Shown here: piece after piece, positions 51,049-60,507 of the stretch | Numbering within the stretch: the stretch's first letter is position 1 | How the letters are laid out: each line of letters opens with the position of its first letter | NCBI GenBank assembly: GCA_963832165.1 | Contig: CAWHTE010000004.1 | Location: 576,001-640,000 of the forward strand | Length of the DNA stretch: 64,000 nt | Source of the DNA: an uncultured delta proteobacterium | GTDB taxonomy: Bacteria; Myxococcota_A; UBA9160; SMWR01 | Reading direction: 5' to 3' | Program-made: the position numbers and the translations under genes | The notes under the pieces: model-generated | The model's input: the letters and a program-made list of their open reading frames with translations, nothing else | Told to the model about the DNA's origin: nothing | The model's database searches: none

Positions 51049-51663
51049 ATGCACTTTCTACACTCCAAAATGACCTGGTTGCCGCTCGTCGCGGCGTTCG
51101 TCGGCCTCGCGCTGGCCTGCGCGAGCCGGCCGGTAGCTCCGCCGCCGCCCGATCCGGACCCGAACCAGCCGGCCGAGGCCTACGTGATCGGCGTGAGGGA
51201 TCTAATCCGGATCAGCGTGTGGCAGAACGAGGAGGCCACCGTCGACGTTCCCGTGCGCCCCGACGGCAAGGTGACGGTGCCGCTCGTCGGGGACGTCGTG
51301 GCGCGCGGCCAGACCCCGGAGCAGCTCAAGAACGCGATCACGAAGCAGCTCTCGAAGTCGATCGAGTCGCCCGACGTCACCGTGATCGTGCTGGAGATGA
51401 ACAGCCGCTTCGTCTCCGTGGTGGGACGCGTGATGACGACCTCGCGTGTGCCCGTCTCCGAGGATCTGCGCGTCGTCGAGGCGATCGCGCTCGCGGGCGG
51501 ATTCGACGAGTTCGCCGATCGCGGCGATATCCGCATCGTCCGCCGCCAACCCGACGGGAAGGAGGTGGAGTACCACTTCGACTACGACGCCTACATGGCC
51601 GGCCGCGCTCCGGGCTCGAACTTTCTGCTGCGCTCCGGCGATGTGATCTACGTCTCCGATTGA
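51049..51663 (+). CDS. Polysaccharide export lipoprotein (short Wza/OPX: Poly_export plus SLBB)
   Basis: Lipobox ALAC; YVIGVRDLIRISVW, VRPDGKVTVPLVGD, AIALAGG, LRSGDVIYV. Confidence 0.9.
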   Translation: MHFLHSKMTWLPLVAAFVGLALACASRPVAPPPPDPDPNQPAEAYVIGVRDLIRISVWQNEEATVDVPVRPDGKVTVPLVGDVVARGQTPEQLKNAITKQLSKSIESPDVTVIVLEMNSRFVSVVGRVMTTSRVPVSEDLRVVEAIALAGGFDEFADRGDIRIVRRQPDGKEVEYHFDYDAYMAGRAPGSNFLLRSGDVIYVSD

Positions 51664-51682
51664 TCGATTCCCGGCAAACCGT

Positions 51683-51973
51683 TCATCCCGTACTAGTCGG
51701 GAAGACCACGGTCGTCTCGCGCACCTCGTAGCGCGCGAAGATGCCCTGGGTGACGTAGGGATCGCGCTCGGCGATCGCGCGCGCTTCGGCGAGGCTCTCG
51801 GCCTCGAACACCACCACGCTGCCGAGCGGAGCGCCGTCGTCGCCGAGCATCGGTCCCGCGTGCCGGATCCGGCCCGCACGCGCGAGACCCTCGAGGCCTG
51901 CGAGATGCGCGGGGCGGTGGACCTTGCGCAGCTCGCGGCCCTGCGGCCCGTCGTGTCCGATCAGGATGAACAA
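51683..51973 (-). CDS. YciI family protein
   Basis: RPAHLAGL, AGPML, GSVVVFEAES, DPYVTQG; an out-of-frame ATG at 51978 may be the true start. Confidence 0.88.
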   Translation of the reverse strand: MFILIGHDGPQGRELRKVHRPAHLAGLEGLARAGRIRHAGPMLGDDGAPLGSVVVFEAESLAEARAIAERDPYVTQGIFARYEVRETTVVFPTSTG

Positions 51974-52032
51974 GGCATACGGTTTCTTTCGCGCGGCTCA
52001 ATTCGAGTCGCGCAGATCGGAAGCCACCGTTC

Positions 52033-52080
52033 GACTTCGCTCGCCTTCGGCTCGCTGCGCGCGCCCTTCGGGCGCTTGCG
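52033..52080 (-). repeat. Dispersed repeat, medium form (copy B4)
   Basis: Reverse complement CGCAA-GCGCCC-GAA-GGGCGC-GCGCAGCGAGCCGAAGGCGAGCGAAGTC. Confidence 0.92.
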
Positions 52081-52087
52081 ACGGGCA

Positions 52088-53023
52088 CTATGCCACTTCG
52101 CGCGGATCGCAGCCCAGCGCGCACACCGAGCGCGGTGACGCGTCGGCGAGGCTCTCGGGCTCGACCTGGATCGTGGCGTGATCGATCCGGTGGCGTCCGC
52201 CGAGCAGTGTGTAGGCCTCGGTGAGCAGCGCCTCGGAGCGCTCGATGCGCGCCACCACGAGATGGCACGAGAGCGCGACCCGGCCGTGTCCGAGCGTCCA
52301 GACGTGGAGATCGTGCACGCTTCTCACGCCGCCGAGCGCACCGAGATCGCGGCGCACGCCGTCGACGTCGAGCCCGCGCGGCGCCGCCTCCATCAGCACG
52401 TCGACCGCCTCGCGGATCAGCTGCCACGCGGACGTGAGCACGAGCGCCGCGATCGCGATCGACGCGGCCGGGTCGGCCCACAGCCACCCGAAGCGCCAGA
52501 CGCAGAAGCCCGCGAACATGGCGCCGACGCTGCCGAGCGCGTCGCTGAGCACGTGCAGCCACGCGCCGCGCATGTTGAGGCTGCGCTCGTGCCCGTCGCC
52601 GAGGATCGCGAGCGCGGCGAGGTTCACGAGGAGTCCGCCCGTGGCGATCACGAGCACGCCCGCGCCCGCGACCGGTTGCGGCGCGGCGAAGCGTTCGAAC
52701 GCCTCGACCGCGACGAACAGCGCGACCGCCACGAGCGCGACGCCTTGTGCGAGCGCGGCGAGGATCTCCGCGCGCGAGCGCCCGTAGGTCCAGCGGTCGT
52801 CTGCGGGGCGCGACGCGACCCACGCCGCGAACAGCGCGAGCGAGAGCGCGGCGACGTCGGAGCCCATGTGGCCCGCGTCGGCCAGCAGCGCGAGCGAGCC
52901 CGTCCACCACGCGCCCACGAGCTCGGCCACCAGATAGGTCGCGGCGAGGCCCAGCGCCGCCGCGAGCCGCGGGCGTGCGCCCAGCGCGCGATGTGCGCCG
53001 TGATCGTGGTCGTGACCCGGCAT
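52088..53023 (-). CDS. Cation diffusion facilitator (CzcD/ZitB-like)
   Basis: His-rich N-terminus, SLALLADAGHM, NMRGAWLHVLSD, VHDLHVW, HATIQVE. Confidence 0.93.
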   Translation of the reverse strand: MPGHDHDHGAHRALGARPRLAAALGLAATYLVAELVGAWWTGSLALLADAGHMGSDVAALSLALFAAWVASRPADDRWTYGRSRAEILAALAQGVALVAVALFVAVEAFERFAAPQPVAGAGVLVIATGGLLVNLAALAILGDGHERSLNMRGAWLHVLSDALGSVGAMFAGFCVWRFGWLWADPAASIAIAALVLTSAWQLIREAVDVLMEAAPRGLDVDGVRRDLGALGGVRSVHDLHVWTLGHGRVALSCHLVVARIERSEALLTEAYTLLGGRHRIDHATIQVEPESLADASPRSVCALGCDPREVA

Positions 53024-53080
53024 GCGGGCCAAGATATCCCGTAAGATCAACGACGCGAACGAGCAAGGAGCGGAGATCCC

Positions 53081-54301
53081 ATGGCCATCGACTTCAGCTT
53101 TCCCCCCGACCTCGAGGCGCTGCGCCTCAAGGTGCGCGAGTTCATGGACACAGTGGTGCGGCCCACCGAGGACGCGATGGACGAGAGCAACCGCGACCAG
53201 CTCGTCGCGGGGATCATCAAGATGCGCAAGGCCGCCCACGAGTGGGGCCTCTGGCTGCCGCACATGCCCACCGAGTACGGCGGCATGGGGCTCGGTCACG
53301 TGGCGATGGCCGCGGTGTCGGCCGAGGCCGCCAAGGCGCGCTTCGGGCCGTTCGCGCTCAACGCGCAGGCGCCCGACGAGGGCAACATGCACACGCTGCT
53401 GCACTGGGGCACCGAAGAGCAGAAGGAGATCTACCTGCGCCCGCTCTGCGAGGGGCGCACGCGCTCGTGCTTCGCGATGACGGAGCCCGAAGTAGCGGGC
53501 TCGGACCCGACGCTGATCCAGACCCGCGCCGTGCAGGACGGCGACGAGTGGGTGGTCGACGGCCACAAGTGGTTCATCTCGGGCGCGCGCGGTGCGAAGT
53601 TCGCGATCCTGATTGCGAAGACCGAGGACGCCCCCGAGATCCCGCAGGCCGGCAACAGCGCGTTCCTGGTCGATCTGCCGGCGCCTGGCTGGGAGATCGT
53701 GCGCGACGTCGAGACGATGTCGGGCGGTCACAACCACTGCGAGATCCGGATCACGGGGCTGCGCGTGCCGAACGACCGCATGCTCGGCGGGCGCGGGCAG
53801 GGCCACCTGCTCGGGCAGGCGCGGCTCGGGCCCGCGCGGCTCGCGCACTGCATGCGCTGGATCGGGCAGGCCGAGACCGCACTCGACCTGATGGTCGACC
53901 GCGCGACGAAGCGCTTCGCGCACGGATCGCTGCTCTCGGAGAAGCAGGGGATCCAGTGGATGATCGCGGACTCGGCGATGGACCTGTACCAGTCGAAGCT
54001 CATGGTGCTGCACTCGGCGTACCTGATCGACAAGGGCGCGGACTTCCGCAGCGAGGTGTCGATGACCAAGCACTTCGTCGCAAACGCGCTGGGCCGCATC
54101 ATCGACCGCGCGATCCAGGTCCACGGCGCGCTCGGCTATTCCACGGACACACCGCTCGCGCAGATGGCCACGCAGGCGCGCTGGGCGCGCTTCGCCGACG
54201 GCGCAGACGAGGTGCATCAGTGGCGCATCGCGCAGCGCACGATCGACGCCTATCAGCGCGACGGAAGCACGCGCGCAGCGACCGGAGATCTGCCGCTCTG
54301 A
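53081..54301 (+). CDS. Acyl-CoA dehydrogenase
   Basis: APDEGNM, FAMTEPEVAGSD, GHKWFISG, AIQVHGALG, DGADEVH. Confidence 0.95.
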   Translation: MAIDFSFPPDLEALRLKVREFMDTVVRPTEDAMDESNRDQLVAGIIKMRKAAHEWGLWLPHMPTEYGGMGLGHVAMAAVSAEAAKARFGPFALNAQAPDEGNMHTLLHWGTEEQKEIYLRPLCEGRTRSCFAMTEPEVAGSDPTLIQTRAVQDGDEWVVDGHKWFISGARGAKFAILIAKTEDAPEIPQAGNSAFLVDLPAPGWEIVRDVETMSGGHNHCEIRITGLRVPNDRMLGGRGQGHLLGQARLGPARLAHCMRWIGQAETALDLMVDRATKRFAHGSLLSEKQGIQWMIADSAMDLYQSKLMVLHSAYLIDKGADFRSEVSMTKHFVANALGRIIDRAIQVHGALGYSTDTPLAQMATQARWARFADGADEVHQWRIAQRTIDAYQRDGSTRAATGDLPL

Positions 54302-55260
54302 CGCGCGCGATCGCCGCAAGTTTCGCGCAGCGAGCCAAAGGCGAGCGAAGACCATTGGGATGGGCTTGCGCGGCGCTCGCGCTGTACGCAGCGGGCTGCG
54401 CGAAGCCGGGCTGGGACGCCGAGCAGTGGGCCAGCACGCGACCCGAGCTCATGGGGCGCGCGGTCGGCCAGCTCGAGGACGTGACGCCCTACGTGCTCGC
54501 GTCCGAGGGCGAGCTCGTGTTCTTCGTGTGCCACTGGCCGCTGAACGAGCCGCTGCGCGTGTCACTGCCGCCCGACGCGAATCAACACGAGCGCGAGATC
54601 CTCGACAAGGCGCTGCGCGCGTGGGAGGCCGTGGTTCCGGGCCTGCGATTCGACGTCGTCGAGGGCACCGCGCAGATCCGGCTGCGCTTCCGCGAGTCCG
54701 GACCCGAGAGCGCGCGCACTGCGGCCGATTGCGAGGTGACTCCGCCGTTCACGGGCGATGCGCTGCGCGCACGGCTCGTCTCGGCACAGATCGATCTGCG
54801 GCGCGCCGAGCGCGATCCGTGGGGCAGGGTGGTCGAGCTCCAGGTGAGTCAGCTGCTCGGGAGCGTCACGCACGAGATCGGACACGCGCTCGGGCTCCAG
54901 GGGCACGCGCGCAGCGGCAAGACCGTGATGGTGCGCGAGACCTACTCGATCGCGAAGATCGGCGAGAAGCTGAACGACGAGAAGAAGCCCAAGCCGCTCC
55001 AGGAGCCCGCGATGCAGGCGCTCTACTCGCTGCCGTCGGGCACGGTGATCGAGCGGCGCCGGCTCGCCGCAGGCGCGACCGCTTCCGTCGACGCGATCGC
55101 GCAGCGCGCGCGAGCGCAGGGCGCCACGCGCGTGCAGGTGCGCGTGGGCGATCGAGCCGGCGCGGTGCGCTGGGGTCCCGGAGACCTCGTGTACTACTTG
55201 AGGGAGCCCGCGGAGATCCTCGCAGGGGATCTCGCTTTCGAGGATGCGCTGACGCCGTAG
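54298..55260 (+). CDS. Lipoprotein with metzincin-type zinc metalloprotease motif; start uncertain (CTG 54298 or TTG 54355)
   Basis: Lipobox AAGC; HEIGHALGLQGH followed by TVM (Met-turn-like). Confidence 0.75.
   Translation: MTRAIAASFAQRAKGERRPLGWACAALALYAAGCAKPGWDAEQWASTRPELMGRAVGQLEDVTPYVLASEGELVFFVCHWPLNEPLRVSLPPDANQHEREILDKALRAWEAVVPGLRFDVVEGTAQIRLRFRESGPESARTAADCEVTPPFTGDALRARLVSAQIDLRRAERDPWGRVVELQVSQLLGSVTHEIGHALGLQGHARSGKTVMVRETYSIAKIGEKLNDEKKPKPLQEPAMQALYSLPSGTVIERRRLAAGATASVDAIAQRARAQGATRVQVRVGDRAGAVRWGPGDLVYYLREPAEILAGDLAFEDALTP
54320..54350 (+). repeat. Dispersed repeat, short form (copy B2)
   Basis: Identical 31-mer to 864-894. Confidence 0.9.
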
Positions 55261-55288
55261 TCCGCGCGGCCACGCCCGCGGCGCGGGG

Positions 55289-56713
55289 TCACTCCTCGCC
55301 GAGCGCCTTCTTGACCATCGAGAGCTGGTGCGCGACCTCGATGTTGCTCGGCTCGAGCGCGGCCGCGCGCTCGAGGTGCTCGCGTGCGCGCACGGGATCC
55401 GAGGGCGGCGCCTTGAACAGCGCCCAGCCCAGCGCGCCCTGATAGGTGCCTTCCTCGGGCCAGAGCTCGACCGCGGAGCGCAGGAACTCGAGCGCGCCGC
55501 GGAAGTTGCCCTGGCGCGCGAGGATCTCGCCCTTGCGGTAGTTCGTCTCGGCCGCGGCCAGCCGCTCGGCGTCGAGATCCGTCTCGTCGGAGTCGAGCGA
55601 GGCGTCGTAGCTGCGTCGGCGCTTGGGATCCGCGAGCACCGCGTGGGCCTTGCCGATCGCCGCGAACACGCGGCCGGCCTTCTCGCGCGTCTCGCGCTCG
55701 AGGCCTGCGCGCGCGAGAGCGTCGGGGTGGTAGCGCTTGGCGGCGTCGAGGTAGGCGCGCTTGACTGCGGTCGGAGCGGCGTCGCGCTCGATCTCGAGCA
55801 GCGCGTAGTAGTCGAGCTCGTCGAGGCGCACGTACTTCTGGCTGACCTCGAGCGCGAGCACCTCGTTCATGCCCGCGGAGGCCGGGCTTGCGGCCGCGCC
55901 GTCGCGCGCGCGCGCGGCCGCCGCGCCCGAAGACGCGATCTCGGTGAGCACGATCTCGACCTCGAGGTAGTCGTCCTCGTCGTCGGGCTTCTCGCGTTCG
56001 GGCGCGCAGTAGTCGACCGCGCGCGCTGCGTCGATCAGCCAGGCCGCCGCGAGCGCGCGCGGCGTGCGCGCGGTCTGGAGCGCGTTCCAGAGCGTGCGCG
56101 TGCCGTCGAGCGCCTCGATCAGCGCGATCACCGAGTCGTCCGAGCGCAGCCGCTCCTGGATCTGCGGCAGGCGCCGGTTGCGCGCGGCCGCCTCGTTCAT
56201 GTGCGGGGCGAGGTCGGCGAGCACGCGATCCGCGCTCCAATGCGTCTCGATGCCTTCCTGGATCAGCGCGATCAGGTCGGCGCGGAACGGCAGAGCGCCG
56301 TCGGGCGGGGTCGCTTCCCGCTCGAGGTCGTAGCTGCCGCGCGGCCAACCGAAGCACTCGAGCAGCCGCCCGCGCACCTGCTCCTTGAGCGCCAGGAACA
56401 GGCTCTTCGGCTCGAGCAGGCCCAGCTCGAGCAGCGCGACGCCTTCCTTGACGTGGCGCTCGGAGACGTAGGTCGACACGCGGTGGTAGTCGTCGCGCGA
56501 GAGGCGCCCCGCATCGAGCAGCGAGAGGCCCAGAGTCTCACTTGCGAGACTCGACTCGGCGGAGATCGGCGCGCCGCGCTGGAAGCGGAACGACTTTTCG
56601 ATGCGGTCGCGCCGCAGGCGCAGACAGCCATCGAAGCGGGCCGCGGAGAGCTCGAGCAGGAGCCGGGGCAGGGGTGTCCGATCGAGCTCTCCCGTGTCGG
56701 GGATCGCCACCAT
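55289..56713 (-). CDS. DUF4388-like plus DnaJ plus TPR protein
   Basis: N-terminal GELDRTPLPRLL...FGWPRGSY; J domain DYYALL...AKRYHPD; C-terminal TPRs. Confidence 0.82.
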   Translation of the reverse strand: MVAIPDTGELDRTPLPRLLLELSAARFDGCLRLRRDRIEKSFRFQRGAPISAESSLASETLGLSLLDAGRLSRDDYHRVSTYVSERHVKEGVALLELGLLEPKSLFLALKEQVRGRLLECFGWPRGSYDLEREATPPDGALPFRADLIALIQEGIETHWSADRVLADLAPHMNEAAARNRRLPQIQERLRSDDSVIALIEALDGTRTLWNALQTARTPRALAAAWLIDAARAVDYCAPEREKPDDEDDYLEVEIVLTEIASSGAAAARARDGAAASPASAGMNEVLALEVSQKYVRLDELDYYALLEIERDAAPTAVKRAYLDAAKRYHPDALARAGLERETREKAGRVFAAIGKAHAVLADPKRRRSYDASLDSDETDLDAERLAAAETNYRKGEILARQGNFRGALEFLRSAVELWPEEGTYQGALGWALFKAPPSDPVRAREHLERAAALEPSNIEVAHQLSMVKKALGEE

Positions 56714-56748
56714 GCTTCGATTTCGGGCATCCCGCGCGGGGACTTGAT

Positions 56749-56849
56749 GCAAGGAGGCCGACAGAGTCGGCCGACGCGCAGCGAGGCGAAGCCGAGCGAA
56801 GGCCGGAAGCCCGAGCGCGAGCGATCAGCGAGCGCGAAGGCCCGGCAAG
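56749..56849 (+). repeat. Dispersed structured repeat, long form (copy A2)
   Basis: 97/101 identical to 237-337. Confidence 0.95.
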
Positions 56850-56868
56850 GGGCGAGCGGATCGAGCGC

Positions 56869-57901
56869 CTACACCGACCGGCGCTGCGAGCGCGCGATCT
56901 GGAACGCGAGCGCGACGGCGGCCTCGAGACCCTTCTCGACGAGCAGCGGCGGGTGGTCGAGGTCTGCGAGCACGGGCTCGGAGAGCGGGGACGGATCGAC
57001 GAAGATCACCTCGGCGCCCCAGCCCTCCGCGGTCTGCACCAGCTGCTCGAGCGCGAGCGCCCCGAACGCCTCGTCGATGATCGCGCCGCCGAGATCCACG
57101 ACGATCACCGAGACCGCCGAGGCGGCCGAGTCGCGCGAGAGCAGCTCGAGCGCCGAGAGGGTCTCGTTCGGGCCCGCATACGGGCAGCACCATCACGGGA
57201 CCCCAGATGTGCACCGCCGCGGCGTCGCGGTCCATGGCCGCCGCGCTCGCGATCTCCTCGGGCAGTGCGCGCTCCGACCCGCGCGTGAAGCGGCTGCGCA
57301 CGAGCGCGCGCAGCTCCGTGAACGGGAGTGCAGCGAGGCTGAGCACTGCGCGCGGATCGCCCTGGGTCGACCACTCGGAGGCCTCGCACGCGACGAACCG
57401 GCAGTCGTGCTCCCCGTTCGCGTTGCAGCTCGTCTCCACCGCGATCAGATCGGCGTCGAATGCGCCCGAGAGCCAGCCCGACGTGTAGCCCGCGCTCAGA
57501 TAGCAGACCGAATCCCGTCCGCCGCCGAGCGCGGTCAGGTGCGCGGACGCCTCGTGGTGGTCGGGCCAGTTTCCCTCGAGACGGATCGCGCCGGAGGCGC
57601 CGAGCGGCTCGAGCGAGCGGCAGGGCATCCGGAGCGGCAGCGAGAGCGAGACCGTGACATCCGAGCGCGCGTCGGCAGTGGCCGCGAGCGCGCGCGTGAC
57701 GTCCTGAAGCCCGTGCAGGAAGCCCATCTGGAGCAGCGTCGCGGCGGTCTGGTCCGGATCGAGCTCCTTGGCGAGCTCACCGTGCAGCGCCGTGAGGAAC
57801 GTCGGATCGAGCACGATGCGAGAATCGCGCGCGAGCACGGCGTCGGCGTCGAAGCCGATCTCTCGGGCCACCGCTTGCGCGGCGTCGTCAGGGGGGCACA
57901 T
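56869..57901 (-). CDS. V4R-domain plus STAS-like protein; apparent frameshift at 57182-57184
   Basis: V4R motif VCYLSAGYTSGW...VETSCNANGEHDCRF; HIWGPVMVLP continues in another frame as YAGP...VIVVDLGGAII. Confidence 0.75.
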
Positions 57902-57932
57902 CAGCGGGGGTGGTCCTTGGGCAGCTGCCGGA

Positions 57933-59063
57933 TCAGTCCTGGATGAACGAGTAGATGTCGAACTTCTGGCCCTTCTTGATGAACGACTCGCCCTCGCGCT
58001 CGAGCAGGCGCAAGAACGGCTCGGTCACCTTGGGATCGAACTGGGTACCGGTGTACTTGTGGATCTCCGAGACGACCGCCTCGAGCGTGAGCGCCTTGCG
58101 GTAGGGCCGGTCGCTCGTCATCGCCTCGACCGTATCGGCCACGAGGATGATCCGGGAGGGCAGCGGGATCTCGTCGCCGCGCAGGCGATCGGGGTAGCCG
58201 CGATCTGAGCCGTCGTACCACTCGTGGTGGTGGCGCACGCACGGCGCCACGTCGCGCAGGAACTCGACGGGCTCGAGGATCTTGAAGCCGATCTCGGGGT
58301 GCTGCTTGATCTCGAGGTACTCCTCGGGCGTGAGCCGCTCGGGCTTCGTGATCACGAAGTCGCGCACGCCGATCTTGCCGACGTCGTGGAGCAGCCCCGC
58401 GATGTAGACGCGCTCGATCACGTCCTTCGGGAAGTTCATCTCTCGCGCGATCTTCGACGCGTACACGCCCACGCGCTCGGAGTGACCGCGCGTGTAGGCG
58501 TCCTTCGCATCGACTGCCTCGGAGAGCGCGCGGATCGTCTGCACGTACGCGGTTCGCAGCTGCTGGTGCTTTTCGGCGAGCTGCTTGGTGCGATCGCGCA
58601 CCTTGCCCTCGAGATTGCGGTTCATGTCCTGGAGCTTGAAGTTCTGCTCGCGCGTAACCTGGTTCAGGCGCTTGATCTCGGCCTTGAGGTCGGCGTGGTC
58701 GAAGGCCTGGCGCAGCGTCGCGCGCAGCTCGTCGTCGTTCCAGGGCTTCGTGATCAGGCGGTAGATCTCGCCGCGGTTGATCGCGTCGACCGCCACCTTC
58801 ATCTCGGTGTAGCCCGTGAGCATCATGCGCACGATGTCGGGCTGGCGCTCGCGCACGTGCGCGAGGAAGTCGACGCCCGACATCTCGGGCATGCGCTGGT
58901 CGGTCACCACTACCTGGGTGGGGTGCTTCTCGAGCAGCTCGAGCGCTTCCGCGGCGCGGCTCGCGCACAAGACGTTCATGTCCTCGGAGCGCAGCAGGCG
59001 CTGCAGCGCCTTGAGGATGTTGACCTCGTCATCGACGAAGAGAACGGTGTGTTCGTGTCTCAT
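57933..59063 (-). CDS. Response regulator with HD-GYP cyclic di-nucleotide phosphodiesterase domain
   Basis: FVDDE, TDQRMP, KPW; TRGHSERV, LLHDVGK, HHEWYDG...GYPD, RPYRKA. Confidence 0.93.
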   Translation of the reverse strand: MRHEHTVLFVDDEVNILKALQRLLRSEDMNVLCASRAAEALELLEKHPTQVVVTDQRMPEMSGVDFLAHVRERQPDIVRMMLTGYTEMKVAVDAINRGEIYRLITKPWNDDELRATLRQAFDHADLKAEIKRLNQVTREQNFKLQDMNRNLEGKVRDRTKQLAEKHQQLRTAYVQTIRALSEAVDAKDAYTRGHSERVGVYASKIAREMNFPKDVIERVYIAGLLHDVGKIGVRDFVITKPERLTPEEYLEIKQHPEIGFKILEPVEFLRDVAPCVRHHHEWYDGSDRGYPDRLRGDEIPLPSRIILVADTVEAMTSDRPYRKALTLEAVVSEIHKYTGTQFDPKVTEPFLRLLEREGESFIKKGQKFDIYSFIQD

Positions 59064-59112
59064 GGACGCTCCGGTCCGAGGGCAGGCGGGTAGCCGCCCG
59101 TCTCTCTTCCTA

Positions 59113-59127
59113 TCAAGTGTCGTGCCA
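59113..59127 (-). promoter_or_regulatory. Candidate sigma54 promoter
   Basis: Minus strand TGGCACGACACTTGA: perfect -24 element, TTGA at -12. Confidence 0.55.
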
Positions 59128-59310
59128 AGTGCACTGAATCGCGGGTAACCCGCATCGGCGCGCGGTGTTAGGCCGATATCCGCGCATTGCCGAGGTGGGG
59201 CAGAATTCCCGAATTTGGGACGGGAACGGGACGGGCGTCCCGATCCCGGGACGGGTGCGCAAGGGGTCCGGTATCTTCGGCGCTGCGCGAAACTTGCCCA
59301 TGGAGTCCCG

Positions 59311-60501
59311 ATGACGATTCAGCCGGTCCGTCCGGAGCTGTCGCTGCTCGACGGGCGCTTCTACGCCGACGATCCCCACGCGAACTTCCTGTGGATGCGC
59401 GAGCACGAGCCCGTCTACTGGGACGAGCAGGCGAAGGTCTGGGGCATCACCCGCCACGACGACCTGCAGCAGGTGTCGAAGGACTCGGAGACCTTCTGCA
59501 ACCGCTTCGGCATGCGCCCCGATGCACCGGCGGTTCCGTCGATGATCAACTTCGACGGCGACGTCCACAAGCGGCGCCGCAACCTGGTCAACCGCGGCTT
59601 CACGCCGCGTCGGGTCGCCGAGCACGAGGTGAAGATCCGGTCGATCTGCGCCGCGCTGATCGAGGGTGCGAAGGCGAAGGGGCGCGTCGACTTCGTCGCC
59701 GAGGTCGCCGCACCGCTGCCGATGATCGTGATCGGCGACATGCTCGGCGTGCTGCCCGAGGATCGCGACCGGCTGCTGCGCTGGTCGGACGACCTGATCT
59801 CGGGTCTGTCGCTCTCGGCTCCGCCCGAGAAGATCGCCGCGACAGCGCATGCCGCGATGGAGTACGCCGCCTACTGCGTGGGCGTGATCGCCGACCGGCG
59901 CAGCCGCGCGCCCGCCGAGGACCTGATGAGTCTTCTCGTGCACGGCGAGATCAATGGCGACCGGCTCGACGACGAGGCGCTGGTCCAGGAGTCGCTCCTG
60001 ATCCTGGTCGGTGGTGACGAGACGACGCGCCACGTGATCACCGGCGGGATGTACCAGCTGCTCGTCCACCCGGATCAGCGGCGCAAGCTCGCCGCGAATC
60101 CGGCGGCGATCCCGACCGCGGTCGAGGAGATGCTGCGCTGGGTCACGCCGATCCAGAACATGTCGCGCACCGTCACGCGCGAAATCACTCTGCGCGGCCG
60201 CCAGATGCGCGAGGGCGACAAGGTGATGCTGCTCTACCCGTCGGGCAATCGCGATGCGCTCGTGTTCGACGAGCCGTTCCGCTTCGACGTCGAGCGCGAC
60301 CCGAACCCGCATCTCGCGTTCGGCGGCTACGGCGCGCACTTCTGCCTCGGCTCGGCGCTCGCGCGTCTCGAGCTGCGCGTGATGTTCGAGGAGATCCTGT
60401 CGCGCGTCCAAGACATCGAGCTCGTCGACGACGGGCGGCCGCCGTACCGCAATTCGAACTTCATCACCGGCATCGAGTCGCTGCCGGTCGAGGTCCGCTG
60501 A
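59311..60501 (+). CDS. Cytochrome P450 (CYP142/125-like)
   Basis: GGDETT, EEMLR, SGNRD, heme motif FGGYGAHFCLG. Confidence 0.95.
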   Translation: MTIQPVRPELSLLDGRFYADDPHANFLWMREHEPVYWDEQAKVWGITRHDDLQQVSKDSETFCNRFGMRPDAPAVPSMINFDGDVHKRRRNLVNRGFTPRRVAEHEVKIRSICAALIEGAKAKGRVDFVAEVAAPLPMIVIGDMLGVLPEDRDRLLRWSDDLISGLSLSAPPEKIAATAHAAMEYAAYCVGVIADRRSRAPAEDLMSLLVHGEINGDRLDDEALVQESLLILVGGDETTRHVITGGMYQLLVHPDQRRKLAANPAAIPTAVEEMLRWVTPIQNMSRTVTREITLRGRQMREGDKVMLLYPSGNRDALVFDEPFRFDVERDPNPHLAFGGYGAHFCLGSALARLELRVMFEEILSRVQDIELVDDGRPPYRNSNFITGIESLPVEVR

Positions 60502-60507
60502 TCGGTC

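Noticed and set aside
56825..56868. V4R ORF reading into repeat A2 as another intragenic insertion
   Set aside because: The extension results from the 57183 frameshift; the corrected gene stops at 56869, so A2 is intergenic.
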